64,000 nucleotides of DNA from Eledone cirrhosa (lineage: Eukaryota): positions 620,001 to 684,000 of the forward strand of contig OZ024757.1 in NCBI GenBank assembly GCA_964016885.1, in the 5' to 3' direction. The position numbers and the translations under genes are program-made. Positions 42,401 through 56,339 of the stretch are shown here, one piece after another. How positions within the stretch are numbered: the stretch's first letter is position 1; each line of letters begins with the position of its first letter. Below the pieces are notes generated by a model. It worked only from the letters and a program-made list of their open reading frames with translations. It did no database searches and had not been told where the DNA came from.

Positions 42401-42690
42401 CAGGGTCCTGCTTTCCCTTCTACTTACTAGGTCCTTAGTCATTGTCAGGTTGACTTTAAGACCCTTTGATCCTAGGCCATGTTTTCAGAATTCCTTCTCT
42501 AATTCAGCATAGATTCAGCTATAAGTGTTAGATCATCTGCCTACAGGAGTCCCCATGGGCAGCCAGTCTTAAATACCTCTGTTATAGCCTGAAAGATGAG
42601 AATAAACAAGAGAGGGCTAAGATCAGAGCCCTGGTAGACACCCACCTTCTCTCTGTACTCTTCACTATAGTCAATGTTAATCCTAACTTT
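39450..42690. mobile_element. Mirror cluster of decayed RTE fragments in the gene 3 intron
   Basis: Reverse complement of 30010-33250. Confidence 0.85.
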
Positions 42691-43869
42691 GCTAACTTAC
42701 AGAATTAGAACATTATGTACAATCTCCAATGAAATCCCACACCAACAGATGTGTCTCCACCACCAAAGTAACTCCCTGAAATACAGATACTTAATCCCTA
42801 CTTGACTGGCTAACCCGGACATAGAAGTGGAGTGATAGGGGTACCTCAGTGACAGATAACATTTGTTGGGTATTACCTGATGGAGACGACACCTTCCTTC
42901 TAGATTTGAATACACTGATCTGATTTCTTCCAGAGAAAGGGAAATATATGTGTGTGTGTGTATATATATATATTGTATGGACCTGTAACACTGTCTTAGG
43001 GGTACTCTAGGGACTTACAATGTTTCTTGGGCATATTTTAAACCTTATGGAGCCGATCTTCTCTCTCCAGGTCTGAACACAATTGAAACCTGGATAAAAC
43101 TTGAAGGGAAATCAGATATTGTATGGATCTATATGGACTCCTGACTCCTGGTCTAAACACAGCTGATTTCTCCCAGAGAAGGAGAGAGAGAGAGAGAGAG
43201 TGATAGAGAAGTGAGAAAAGGATATAGAGGAACAATTGATTCCTGCTAATAAAAAGGTGGAGGTTAAACTGGTGTTGACAGGTTATCAGGAGGGGAAGGA
43301 ATAGCTATGTTAGAAAGTCCTAGAAGAGTGAATTTCCTGGGGAAATGCCACAGAGGAGACCTCCCAAGAGATAGAAGGATAACATGCTGGAATACTACTG
43401 CTCACATTGGAGAGAATTGCTCTTGACAGGAAAGTTGATATCTACAGTTTAACAATATAGAAATAGAAAATGTCCACTGTTAAATCTATCTTTAAGTATT
43501 CTCTATTATCTCACACTGTTTCTTTCTTATTTCAGAATACCAGATGACATTGGGATGAATTAATTTTTTTATCTTGGATACATCACCAATATTTATCATC
43601 ATTTTAAGAATAAATCTATTTATACAGAAGTGATATAACACTGTTTATATAACTGTATTGTTCAATTACTGTGAATTATTTCCTCAGAACTAAGTTTATA
43701 TTCTTCTCTTTGAGATATATTTTGTATCTTAACTAAACTTGGATAACAAAGAAGTTTACGTTATCTTCAGATATTAACTGAGAATACAGTTGAGGGAAAT
43801 ATCAAAGAAATATTTTTAGGAATATAATATAAAAAATATTACAAGAAAAACAGCTGTATATTTTGTTGA

Positions 43870-45753
<1,884 letters not shown>

Positions 45754-46741
45754 TATCTGTGGGAAATCATTCTCTCAAAGTATTCACTTAACTAGACACA
45801 AACATATACATACAGGCGGCAAGCCATATCACTGTGATATATGTGGTAAATCATTCTCTCAAAGTATTCACTTAACTAGACACAAACATGTTCATACAGG
45901 AGAGAAGCCATATCACTGTGATATCTGTGGTGAATCTTTCTCTCAAAGTAGTACCTTAACTTCCCATATAACTTTACATATAGGTTACAAACCATATCAC
46001 TGTGAAATCTGTGGTAAATCATTCTCTCAAAAAGGAAGTTTAATAAAGCACAAACTTATACATACAGGAGACAAGCCATATCTGTGGTAAATCATTCTCT
46101 CGAAGTAGTCACGTTAATTCCCACAAACATACATAACAGGAGACATGTCATATCACTGTGATATCTGGTAAATAATTCTCTGAATGTAGTTAACTTCTCA
46201 CAAATATATACATACAAGAGAGAAGCAATTGTTTAATTAATGAAACACAAATACATATCAGTGTGGTATCTGTAGGAAATCATTCTCTTTGAATGCTACA
46301 TTTATTATACACAAACATATACATACAGTTGGGAAGCCATAACACTTTGATATGGAAAATGACTCTGTAAATGTTGTGGCTTTACTAGATACTAACATAT
46401 CCAGGAGATAAACCATATCACTGTGATGTCTGTGGTAAATAATTCTCTTGTAAAGGTTACTTAATGCAACACAAAACAATCAGACAAGATAAAAACCATA
46501 TCACTCAGGCAAAATAGTGCCTCCAATGTTGTAAATGTTTTAATAAAACTGTTTTACACAGAAATTATTCTCCTTTCTTTTTATTTGTAGAAGTTGTGAC
46601 TTTTGCTGACAAAGTTGTATGACTCAGATTTACAAACATTATCTCTCTCTATCTATCTATCTATGATAAAGAGAGATACAGATATGTGTTCAAATTGTCA
46701 GGTTGTATTTCATTTCATTTCATTTGAGTTTGAGTCCATGC

Positions 46742-49700
46742 TCAGGCCAAGTTGAAGACTCTACCCTCAGAGTCTGGTGTGGTTGCCAGGTTGGATTCTC
46801 TGTTTAATTTTGATATGTGTAGGAGCGAGTTTGAGTCAGTTTGTGCTCGTTGTGTATATCCTGGGAGATGGGGTTCATCTCTAATGATGCTTAAGTATCT
46901 ATCCAGCTGCAATTTGAATGATTCCACACTGCATCCTGATAGATTTCTGACATGTACCGGAATGGAGTTGAATAGTTGTGCCCCTCGAACCAACAGACTT
47001 GACTCTCGCAGGGTTTTTGCTGCCTGGCCAGCCCTTTTGTTGATTGGTGGTAGCTGGCAGCGTCTTCCGTGGCGCAGTGAGTGGTAGGTTTTGATACCAA
47101 AGTTTGGCACCTTTTGCTCTATCATTTTCCAAATGTATATAATTCGGTATCGCTCAAATCTTCTTTCTATTGAGTACATCTTCAAGGTTTTGAGTCTTTG
47201 CCAATAGTCCAGGTCCCTCGTTTCTGAGAAGTATGAGGTAAAATTTCTTTGGAGCGATTCCATCTTAGATAGTTGGCCCTTTGTTGTTGGTGACCACAAC
47301 TGAGAATAGTAGTCAATCCTCGGAAGTACCATACTGTTCCAGAGGGTTTTCATTGTTGAGGTATCTATTGATTTGAAGGTGCGCAAGATCCACCCGCTGT
47401 ACTTTCTTGCAGTAAGACAGACTGAGTCAAGGTGTTCTCTGAATTTTAGGCTGGTTCCCATGTGGATGCCTAAATCTTTCACACACTGTTTTTCCATTAT
47501 TTGTTGTCCTGATAGGTTTCTGTAGTTTGTTGTATTTTTCAGTTCAAACTTCTTATCATTGAACAACATGTTGTTTGTTTCCTGCCATTTGTATATGGTG
47601 GTTAGGTCCTTTTGTAAGGCCTCTGTATCCACCTCGTCTTTGATTTGTCTCATGACCCTGGTGTCATCAGCAAAGGATGAGACGTTGCTGGTTGTATCTT
47701 CATCTATGTCAGAGATGAGGATGAGAAACAGGATCGGGCCGAGTACTGTACCCTGAGGAACACTGCTGGTCACAGGTGATGGTGTTGAATGGGTTCCATT
47801 CACAGTGACTGTTTGAGTTCTATTTGTAAGGAACTCATGTATTCATGTACCAACTTTTCCTCCTACTCTTAGCTTTCGAAGTTTATGTCCCAGGATGCCA
47901 TGATCTACCTTGTCAAATGCCTTGGCAAAGTCGAGGTAAATAACATCTGTGTTGTATCCATTCTCTAGATTTTCTAGGATTTGGTCATGGTGTGCCAGTA
48001 GTTGGGAAAGACATGATCTACCTAACCTGAATCCATGCTGATTGCAATTCATCAGATTGTTGGATTCCAGGAACTCAACCAGTTTTCCACGAACTATTCT
48101 TTCAAAGACCTTGATAATGTGTGATGTCAGTGAGATTGGTCGGTAGTTCTTTGGTTTTGATTTGCTGTCCCCTTTATGTATTGGAGTTATGTGTGCTTCT
48201 TTATATGTATTTGGTATTTTGCCATTCTCCATAGATTCCTTCCATAAAGGGGTTTCAACAATTGTACCTTGCAGTTTTTAAGTATCATGGCATTGAAACC
48301 ATCAGGCCCCACAGCCGAGTGCATGGAGAGCTTGTCTATGGCTCTTTCTATGTCTTCTGGGTTGAAATCAATGTTGGATAGGGTAGGTTTAGTATGGTCG
48401 ATATCCTTGAAGAATTCTCCTGGGTCATGGATCTTCATGGTTTTAGATGGCTCACTGAAGACACTTTCGTACTGTTGACCCAACATTTCTGCCATTTCAA
48501 TAGGGTTATTCACTACATCCCCATTTTGTCTCTGGAGAGGTCCTATTGTTGACTTGGTATTCGAGTATTTCTTTGCAAAACTGTAGAGACATTTTGGATT
48601 TTTCTTGATGTTTTCTATGGCTCTCTTTTCTGCATTGTTACGTTCTTCATCATAGTGTTGTTTTAGATTGTCTTCTAATCTGTATATTTGGTCAAGGACT
48701 TTCTGTAGTTCATGTTTTGATGTCAGCTTAGATGTTTTGTTTCTTAGTCTTGACCTTTTGCGCATCAGGATCTTTCGCTCCCGTGGTACAGGTTTTTTTG
48801 TGGATTTGGTTTTCTTAAGAGGAATATTTTTTGCACATATTTCTTCGATCTTGTTTAAGAATTTCTTGTGTTTATCTGGCCCAGTAAGGTAGAGATCCCA
48901 GTCAATGATTTGTAACTGGTTGTTAATAGTTTCCCAATTTGCCTGGTGATAATCATACCTGCATAGTTTTGGCATGTCCTTTTGTTTAAGAGTTGTGGCA
49001 TTGGGCTCATTACCAATGTGTAAATGCATTTCAATAATATTGTGGTCTGAAAGGATTGTTGGGGTTGAGTGAAGGTCAAATAGCGTGTCCTCGTTGTTGG
49101 TGAAAACCAAGTCGATCGTATTATTATTTCTAGTTGCTTCTGTCATCATTTGTTTGAGGTATAATTTCTCTGTGACTTCCAACAGTTTGGCTGCCTGTAT
49201 TTGTTCAGCTTTTGTCCCCAGTTTTAGTATGTGTCCATGTGGCCAGATGATGTTAGGGAAGTTGAAGTCACCAAGGAGGATAATGTCTGGCATTGGACTC
49301 GCCATGTTTCCCAGAATTTGTTGGAGCTTTGTCAGTGGCTCAGTGAAGGATAATGTTGGGCTGTTTGGCGGTCTGTACATTATTGTTACAACTGTATTAA
49401 GTTGGATGATTTTTATGCACAGCAGGTTGCAGTAGGCATTTGATTCATTGACAAGTTCTATACATGCATAGGTATCATGGATATACATGATAACGCCCCC
49501 ATGGAATCTGTCTTGTCTATCACATCTGAAGATGTTGAATCCATTGATTGAGATTTCGCTGTTGCGGATGTTTTCGTTGAGATGACTTTCAGTAATTCCA
49601 ATTATTTTGGAGTTGTTTTCTGTTGCTAATTCTTCCAAGAAAGGGACTTTACACTGTTTTGTTTTCGGATAAAGACCCTGGATATTTGCTGTTATTATGC
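46742..49700 (-). pseudogene. CR1-like ORF2 (APE + RT) with one frameshift (~48245) and one nonsense codon (47843-47845)
   Basis: IITANIQGL, GITESHL, LGDFNFP, SDHN, NYRPISLTS, YLDFAKAFDKVDH, VPQGTVLGP, FADDT. Confidence 0.9.
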
Positions 49701-50837
49701 TTGTTGTACCGGATACATCTGCCCTATTGTTGGCAAGACTGTTGTAGTTGCTGGGACTATGCTGACTGGATATTCGGTCTGCTGGGCTGTCTGTATTTGT
49801 TGTATGTGCCCTGTAAGTCCAGGTGTCAGCCTTTGTATCAATGTTGCCTGGTTTTGCTGAGTCATCTGTATGGAGTACAGCTGTTGTTGTAGTTGGTAGA
49901 TTATGCCTAAAAAACTGCTTTCATTCATTACTGTATCGAATTTCTGCGAGTTTGGGTTTGTTACAGCTGATGTGTGCAATTGAGTAGCATGATTTTCATT
50001 CACTGTTGAGCCATGTCCTGGTTTCTGCATTTTTGGGAAATGGTTTTCATACCCTGCTGAGCTTGGTCCTGGTGGTGTGGGTTCAGTAGTTTTTATGCGA
50101 ATTGTACCCTTCCGGTGCATAAATTTGCAATTCTCGTCAAAACATTCTTTTTTTCTCAGCGAATTACGGCACATCTTTGGGTGAAGGAGTTCACATTCTT
50201 GGCCATTTTGGCATCCTTTTTTGCGATCAGTACCGAAGTTGATATATGGTTTGCATGGTTTGGGGTTACTGTACGTGCACCCTTTACCTGAAAGACCATG
50301 TTTGCACTTGTTGCTCCTGTAATGGATACATACTGGCCTTTCTTCATTTGAGCGTTTGCTCTGAATCTGTTTCTTTTCGTGGGAAGTTTGGTCTTTTTCT
50401 GCAGGATCTCCTGTTTCTTGTTTTGTAGGTGTTTGCATGTCATTGTCTTCATTCTTGTCATTTACAAGAGGCACTTGGATGGCCTGTGTGTGGCAGGATT
50501 TATTTGCCATGTCAGTTTCGCCAATCAATGTCTGTTTAGAACGGCCTGTCTGTGGTAGGGTCCTAGGGTCATTCGTTATTGTGGCCCTTGGTGAACAATA
50601 ACTGCATAGCCAGTGTAGGCCTAGAATATCTGGAATGGTGTGGTTATTTATCTTTTTTAAGTAGCACGCTTCGTATATTCCTTGTCCACAGATGAAGCAT
50701 GCCAAAGCTGGTTTTTGGCCAAATGTAATGCAGTACTGTTTGTCACACATTTTGCAAGTCTCCGGGAGGAAGTTTTCAATCCTTGTTATAATCCAGTTGG
50801 TGAGGTTTGATTTTGTGAGCTCAACTTGAACATCATC
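49695..50837 (-). CDS. CR1-like ORF1 with a PHD-like finger and three CCCH-like fingers, 5'-truncated
   Basis: CKMC..CFIC..EAC..WLCSYC; CIHYRSNKC..GC, CKPY..GC..EC..LH, CRNS..EC..NC.FMH. Confidence 0.8.
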   Translation of the reverse strand, partial: DDVQVELTKSNLTNWIITRIENFLPETCKMCDKQYCITFGQKPALACFICGQGIYEACYLKKINNHTIPDILGLHWLCSYCSPRATITNDPRTLPQTGRSKQTLIGETDMANKSCHTQAIQVPLVNDKNEDNDMQTPTKQETGDPAEKDQTSHEKKQIQSKRSNEERPVCIHYRSNKCKHGLSGKGCTYSNPKPCKPYINFGTDRKKGCQNGQECELLHPKMCRNSLRKKECFDENCKFMHRKGTIRIKTTEPTPPGPSSAGYENHFPKMQKPGHGSTVNENHATQLHTSAVTNPNSQKFDTVMNESSFLGIIYQLQQQLYSIQMTQQNQATLIQRLTPGLTGHIQQIQTAQQTEYPVSIVPATTTVLPTIGQMYPVQQA

Positions 50838-51549
50838 GTCCCTTGTGATTTGAACACATATATGTATATATCTGTTTGTCTCTATTATAAGGCTCAGAAA
50901 ATATTTTCCTTGAGCTATTTTAATTATAAGGGACTATTGTGAGTTTTTAACTCAATATATATACTTTTGATAAATTAGGCTCCTAAACTTTTGTCTAGCT
51001 TTTACATGTTGGGTGATCTGGCTGCTATTTTTTAGTAACTTACGATCTTCTTAACCCACTAGACACGGGATACCACCTGCGTTTTTCTTCTCTTAACACA
51101 CGTGCATTATCTAGTCTTCTAAGAAATTTAGTAGTGACAAGATTACTGATCTGAACATCCATTGAAGAGCATTGGATTTGTAACTCTCTCCACTTAATTG
51201 CGAAACAGTTCTACAAAAGCTGTGGATGTTAATAGTTATCATAATTTGGTTTGTAATTCTTAATTTATCCTTTTGAGTCTAGCAATGTGTATTATCCTTA
51301 GTTAGTATTTTCTTCACCCTGGCGTTTTATGTCTCTTGTGATTTGAACACATATATGTATATATCTGTGTGTTTGTCACTCTTTATTCTAAGGCTTGGAA
51401 AATCTTTTTATTGAGCTATTTTAATTATAAGGGAATATTGTGGTTTTTAACTCAATATATATACTTTTGATATATATATATATGTATATATATGTGTGTA
51501 GAAATTTGTGTCCATATATATATTTGTATATAATTATGTGCATATCTGT

Positions 51550-52050
51550 ATTGACAGCCTCTGTCCAGGTTTTTCTGGGTCTACCTTTATTACGGCTTCC
51601 TTTCACTGGGATTTCCTCGCATTTCTTCACCCAGCGATCATTACCCATGTGCACCACATGTCTGTACAAACATAGTCTTCTCTCTTGCACACCACTTAAT
51701 ATCCATCTGAAGCCCAGCTCCTCCCTCATATCATCCAAGCTCTGCCTTTCTCTCACACTTACAAGGCACATCCAATGAAGCATGGTTGCTTCATTTCTCT
51801 CCAGTTTACTTGTCCTCTGTGGTCACAGCACTTGTTTCAATGTCATGCAGCATCACATTTTGCCCACAGGTGTCATACAGTCGTCTTCTTGTACAGAGAG
51901 AGTAACCTTTTGTGGTTAACAGTTGGAGTAGTTCTCTAAACTTTTTCCATTTTATCCTTGTTCTAGCTATTCTTCTCTCAGAGCACCCCCCTTCCATTGC
52001 TACCCCCTTCATTCCTAATAACCTAGATTGCAAAGCTATCAACCACTTCT
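51550..52050 (-). mobile_element. RTE 3' fragment
   Basis: WKKFRELL, GRPRKTW; only its last ~90 bp survive in the left arm (26019-26110). Confidence 0.85.
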
Positions 52051-52065
52051 ATGTGTGTATAATTA

Positions 52066-53830
52066 CATCATCATCATCATTTTAGGTCCGCTTTTCCCTG
52101 CTTGCATGGCTGGGACGGGTCTTATTCAGCACAGCATCTCTCCACTTGTCACAGTCCTTCGTCATCTCCACCGTGAGCTTCAGCGATCTGAGGTGTGTTC
52201 TCACCATCTCCGCCCATGTTTTTCATGGTCTATCTCTACCACGTCTTCCTTCAACTGGCATTTCCTGGCACTTCTTCACCCATCGGTCATCTTCCATGCG
52301 CATCACATGTCCATACCACCTCAGTATCCTCTCTCGTACACTACATTCTATCCCTCTCAGACACAGTTTTTCTCTCAACACATTCATGTTGGGTTGTTCA
52401 CGCACATTGACATTGCACATCCAACAGAGCATGCTTGCCTCATTTCTCTCCAGACGTCGCATATCCTCTGCAGTTGCTGCCCATGTCTCACTACCATGCA
52501 GCATTGCGCTCCTCACACAGGCATCATATAACCGGCCTTTCGTACACAGGGAGAAACCCTTCTTTGTCAGCAGAGGAAGCAGCTCCATAAACTTCTTCCG
52601 TCCTGTCTTTATTCTAGATACTATGGCCTCGGAACACCCCCCTGCTATGCTAATCTGATCTCCTAGGTACAGGAAGCTATCCACCACTTCTATAGCACCC
52701 GCCTGCATTTGAAAAATGTGTCTATCAATGCGACTTCTACTGTCTAATTTCCCTGTACATCTACTGCATACGTATTTCTCCCTACCTATTAGTTTGCCTG
52801 CTATCCCACTACATCTCTTGTGTAACCAGGAGTTGCATTGTGTGCATTTTATAGAATTTATGCCAGTTCCTTTTCTGCATATCGAACATGGCCATTTCCC
52901 TGACAGAATCAGAGTTTTGTCCTCTTTTCTACTCATCAACACTTTTGTCTTAGCTAGGTTCACTCTCAGTCCTCCTGCTTCCAATTGCTCTTTCCATAGC
53001 CAGAATTTATTCTCTAGCTCCTCTACTGATTCTGCTATAAGAACCAGATCGTTAGCATAGAGAAGTTCCCATGGACAACCAGTCTTAAACTCCTCTGTTA
53101 TGGCTTGGAGGACTATAATGAACAAGAGCTGGCTGAGAACCGAACCTTGGTGTACTCCTACTTGTATCTGGAATTCCTCAATAAACTCCATTCCTACCCT
53201 GACTTTACTGACAGTACCTCTGTACAAAGTTTGCACTGTCCTCACAAGCCATTCCTTAACACCTAGTTTCCTTAGGGATGACAGATCGGGGTACCCTATC
53301 AAAGGCCTTCTCTAGGTCAACAAAGGCTAAGTATAGTGGCTTATTCTTCTCTAAGAACCTCTCTTGTAATTGTCTCCCCAAGAAGAGGGCATCTATTGTA
53401 CTTTTCCCATGCACAAAACCAAACTGCATCTCATCTAGTTTAACCCTTTCTCTAATTAGTTGTGCTAATATCCTTTCTGCCACTTTCATAACCTGATCCA
53501 TCAGTTTTATACCCCTATAATTTCTCCTCTCCAGAGCATCCCCTTTACCTTTGTAGCAATTTATGAGAATACTGCTGCACCAGTCTTTGGGAATGACACC
53601 ACCATATATAGCCTAATTGATGATGCGTGCAACCAGTTTAGTGCCTACGTCCTCTGATGCCTTCAGCATCTCAGCAACTATCCCCAACGGTCCAGCAGCC
53701 TTACCGTTTTTCATTTCCTTAATCGCCTCTTGGACACTATATTCGTCAATCTCAATAGCTGGTCCCTCTGTCGGATCTACTGAGGGTAATTTCTCTCTCT
53801 CCCCTTCGTTCTCCACATTCATCAGTCTCT
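52066..53830 (-). mobile_element. 5'-truncated RTE LINE with complete 3' end and (GAT)n tail
   Basis: FVDLEKAFDRVP, GVHQGSVL, LYANDL, PHD insert, FLYLG, GSETW, RWYGHV; CATCATCATCATCAT at 52066-52080. Confidence 0.93.
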
Positions 53831-54364
53831 ACATGTATATATTTATAATATTCATGTATATATGTGTATATATCTCTGTAGATTTGCAGTATTAGTTCCA
53901 GCTCTCAACTCTGTTTAAATCCCACCGAGGTCAACTTTACTGCTATTATTTGATGTTTTTAAATAATATACCAGTTAAATACTGATGTTGACTCATCCTC
54001 TTTCTCAGTCTGTTTCTTTCTCTCACCCTCTATATTTTTACCTTAATTATTGTAGCTATTTACAAAATAGCTGAAAAGTCAACAACACCAAAAGTTACCT
54101 CCCTTGATTCCCAATTCAATCAAGGGATCAAAGGTTTTAGATAATCAACAAGACAGATAAATTAAGCCTGACAATTCCACCACTAAAGATTTACCTCCCT
54201 TGTTTCCAATATGAAACTCTTCTCTGTTTGGGGTGAAAATTGTTGGAGGAAAGAACTTCCTTTTAATATTTTTGTCGGCATTCTCAACGAAGGGTCAATT
54301 TGGAAGTGCCTCCTCTAATAAATAGTGATGGCCATCAGTGGACTCGGAAACCAATGGCCACACA

Positions 54365-55830
54365 TACATAATAGACTATGGGTACACAAGTGATTTAGTG
54401 GGATACACGGTAAGTTATCTAAGAACGTAGGTTTTACATGTAGTCATTGCACTGGAGCAGTAAGCAGCAATCGCTCTCAGGAGACAAGCTGTATCAAATT
54501 TTTAAAGAGTTCCATAGAAGCAGTTGACAGTTTCTGTTACTTGGGTGACTAAATTAGCTGTGGAGGTAGGTGTTCTGAAATTACAGTAACCAGAGTATGG
54601 CAAAAGTTTAGATGCTACTACTGCTGCCAGTTACAAAAGACTTTGTTTGCATACGAACAGCAATGTTGCATGGCAGTGTGATCTGGGCATTGTGTGCAGA
54701 AGACCTCCAAAGATTGGACAGAAATAAAGGTTGTATGCTCCGATGGATGTGTAATAGTAATATACATGAACAGCAAAGTGTAAATAAACTGAGAGAGAAC
54801 CTGGGCATTAGAGGGATTATATAGAGTGTGTAGGAGAGGAGATTGGGGTGGTATGGATATGTGATGTGCATGAAGGATAACAGCTGTATACAAATGTGCA
54901 GAGTGCTCAATGTTGATGGAAGTTCTGGAAGACAAAGACCTAGGAAAGCTTGGGATGAGGTGATAAAAACTGACCTCACACCATGGCACCTCTCAAAGGT
55001 GATGTCACAGTATTGAAATCTCTGGTGTTATATAATACTGCAGAAGACCTGCATTCCCATGTGCATGAGGTGAAGCAACATCTAGTGCTTTAAAGTATTA
55101 TCCATTTCTCCCACTCCACATTCCACCCCCTTCCAATTTAAGTACCCCACCCTGATCTACCTCTCCAATCCCCCACTCTACATACACACCCACCCCCACT
55201 TTCCATATCTGATCCACCTCTCTTGACCAACCCATGTATACAAGTATAGAAAACTAAAAATGCTGCTGGAAAGGCTAAAAGTCATCAGGCCACCCTGTAA
55301 GGTGGTCATGCAGGTGTCATGACAAAACAGCACTGAGTCCTCTCTGTTAGGTAACATGTCAAAACAGCATCTAACACTCCCTACAAGGTTGTCATGCAGG
55401 TGTCATGACAAAACAGCACCTAGTCCAACCTGTGAGGTGTTCATGTTGAGGTCGTGACAGGAAGAACCCAACTCATTTTGTAAAGTGGTCATGTTAGTGG
55501 CATGACAGATGGCACCTGTTTTGTGGTCAGATTGTCACATGACAAAGAGCTCCCCAGTAAGGTGGTGGTTGTTGTTGTTATGGTGACAAGACAAAAATTA
55601 CCCACTCCCCCCTATAGGGTGGTCATGTTAGTGACATGACACAACAATAAAGGCCCAGTCCACCCTGTGAAGGTGGTTGGCTTTAGGAAGGGTATCCAGC
55701 CACAGAAACCAAACCTGAAATGGTTCTTGTATGAGCAAGACATAGACACCTGATCTGACTTGTCTCACAACAGGACAAGTGTGACCCATGCTAGCATGGA
55801 AAATGGATGTTAAACAGTGTTGATGATGAT
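54365..55830 (+). mobile_element. RTE 3' fragment with long 3' UTR and (GAT)n tail
   Basis: AMLHGS.IWAL, MLRWMCN; 3' end similar to 11560-11733. Confidence 0.85.
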
Positions 55831-55965
55831 ATATGATATATAAATATACATGTGTGTATATTATCTTTGTGTATGTGTGTATATATACATGTGTGTATAT
55901 ATATACATACATACACACATATGTATAGGTATGTATGTATATAAATGTATATAAAAGTATATATT

Positions 55966-56006
<41 letters not shown>

Positions 56007-56339
56007 CTACATGTATATATATATATATATTTTTTTTTTAAATATACACAGACATATAATGTGAAATGAAACTGGAAGGCCCATATATATACGTGTGTGT
56101 GTGTATACGTATATATATGTGGGTGTCTGTGATCTATATACACTGGTCATACACATATATATACACAACTTCACCAGCTCTCTCTCTCTTCCTTCTCCGT
56201 CTCTGTTTTCCCCATCTCTCTATGTCTCTCTCTCAATCTACTATGTCACAACCACTATCTTGCCCTCCCTGTTTATGAAGGCATCTGGGAAAACCCTATA
56301 TCTCGGGAAGCAGTCCTCCAATTTATGCAAAACTTGATA

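Larger units (their letters stand above)
46704..50837 (-). mobile_element. CR1-like LINE (5'-truncated, ORF1 + ORF2, (GAAAT)n tail), present only in the right arm
   Basis: Flanks TGTCAGGT | GTCCCTTGTG are 7 bp apart in the left-arm empty site (26801-26822). Confidence 0.95.
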
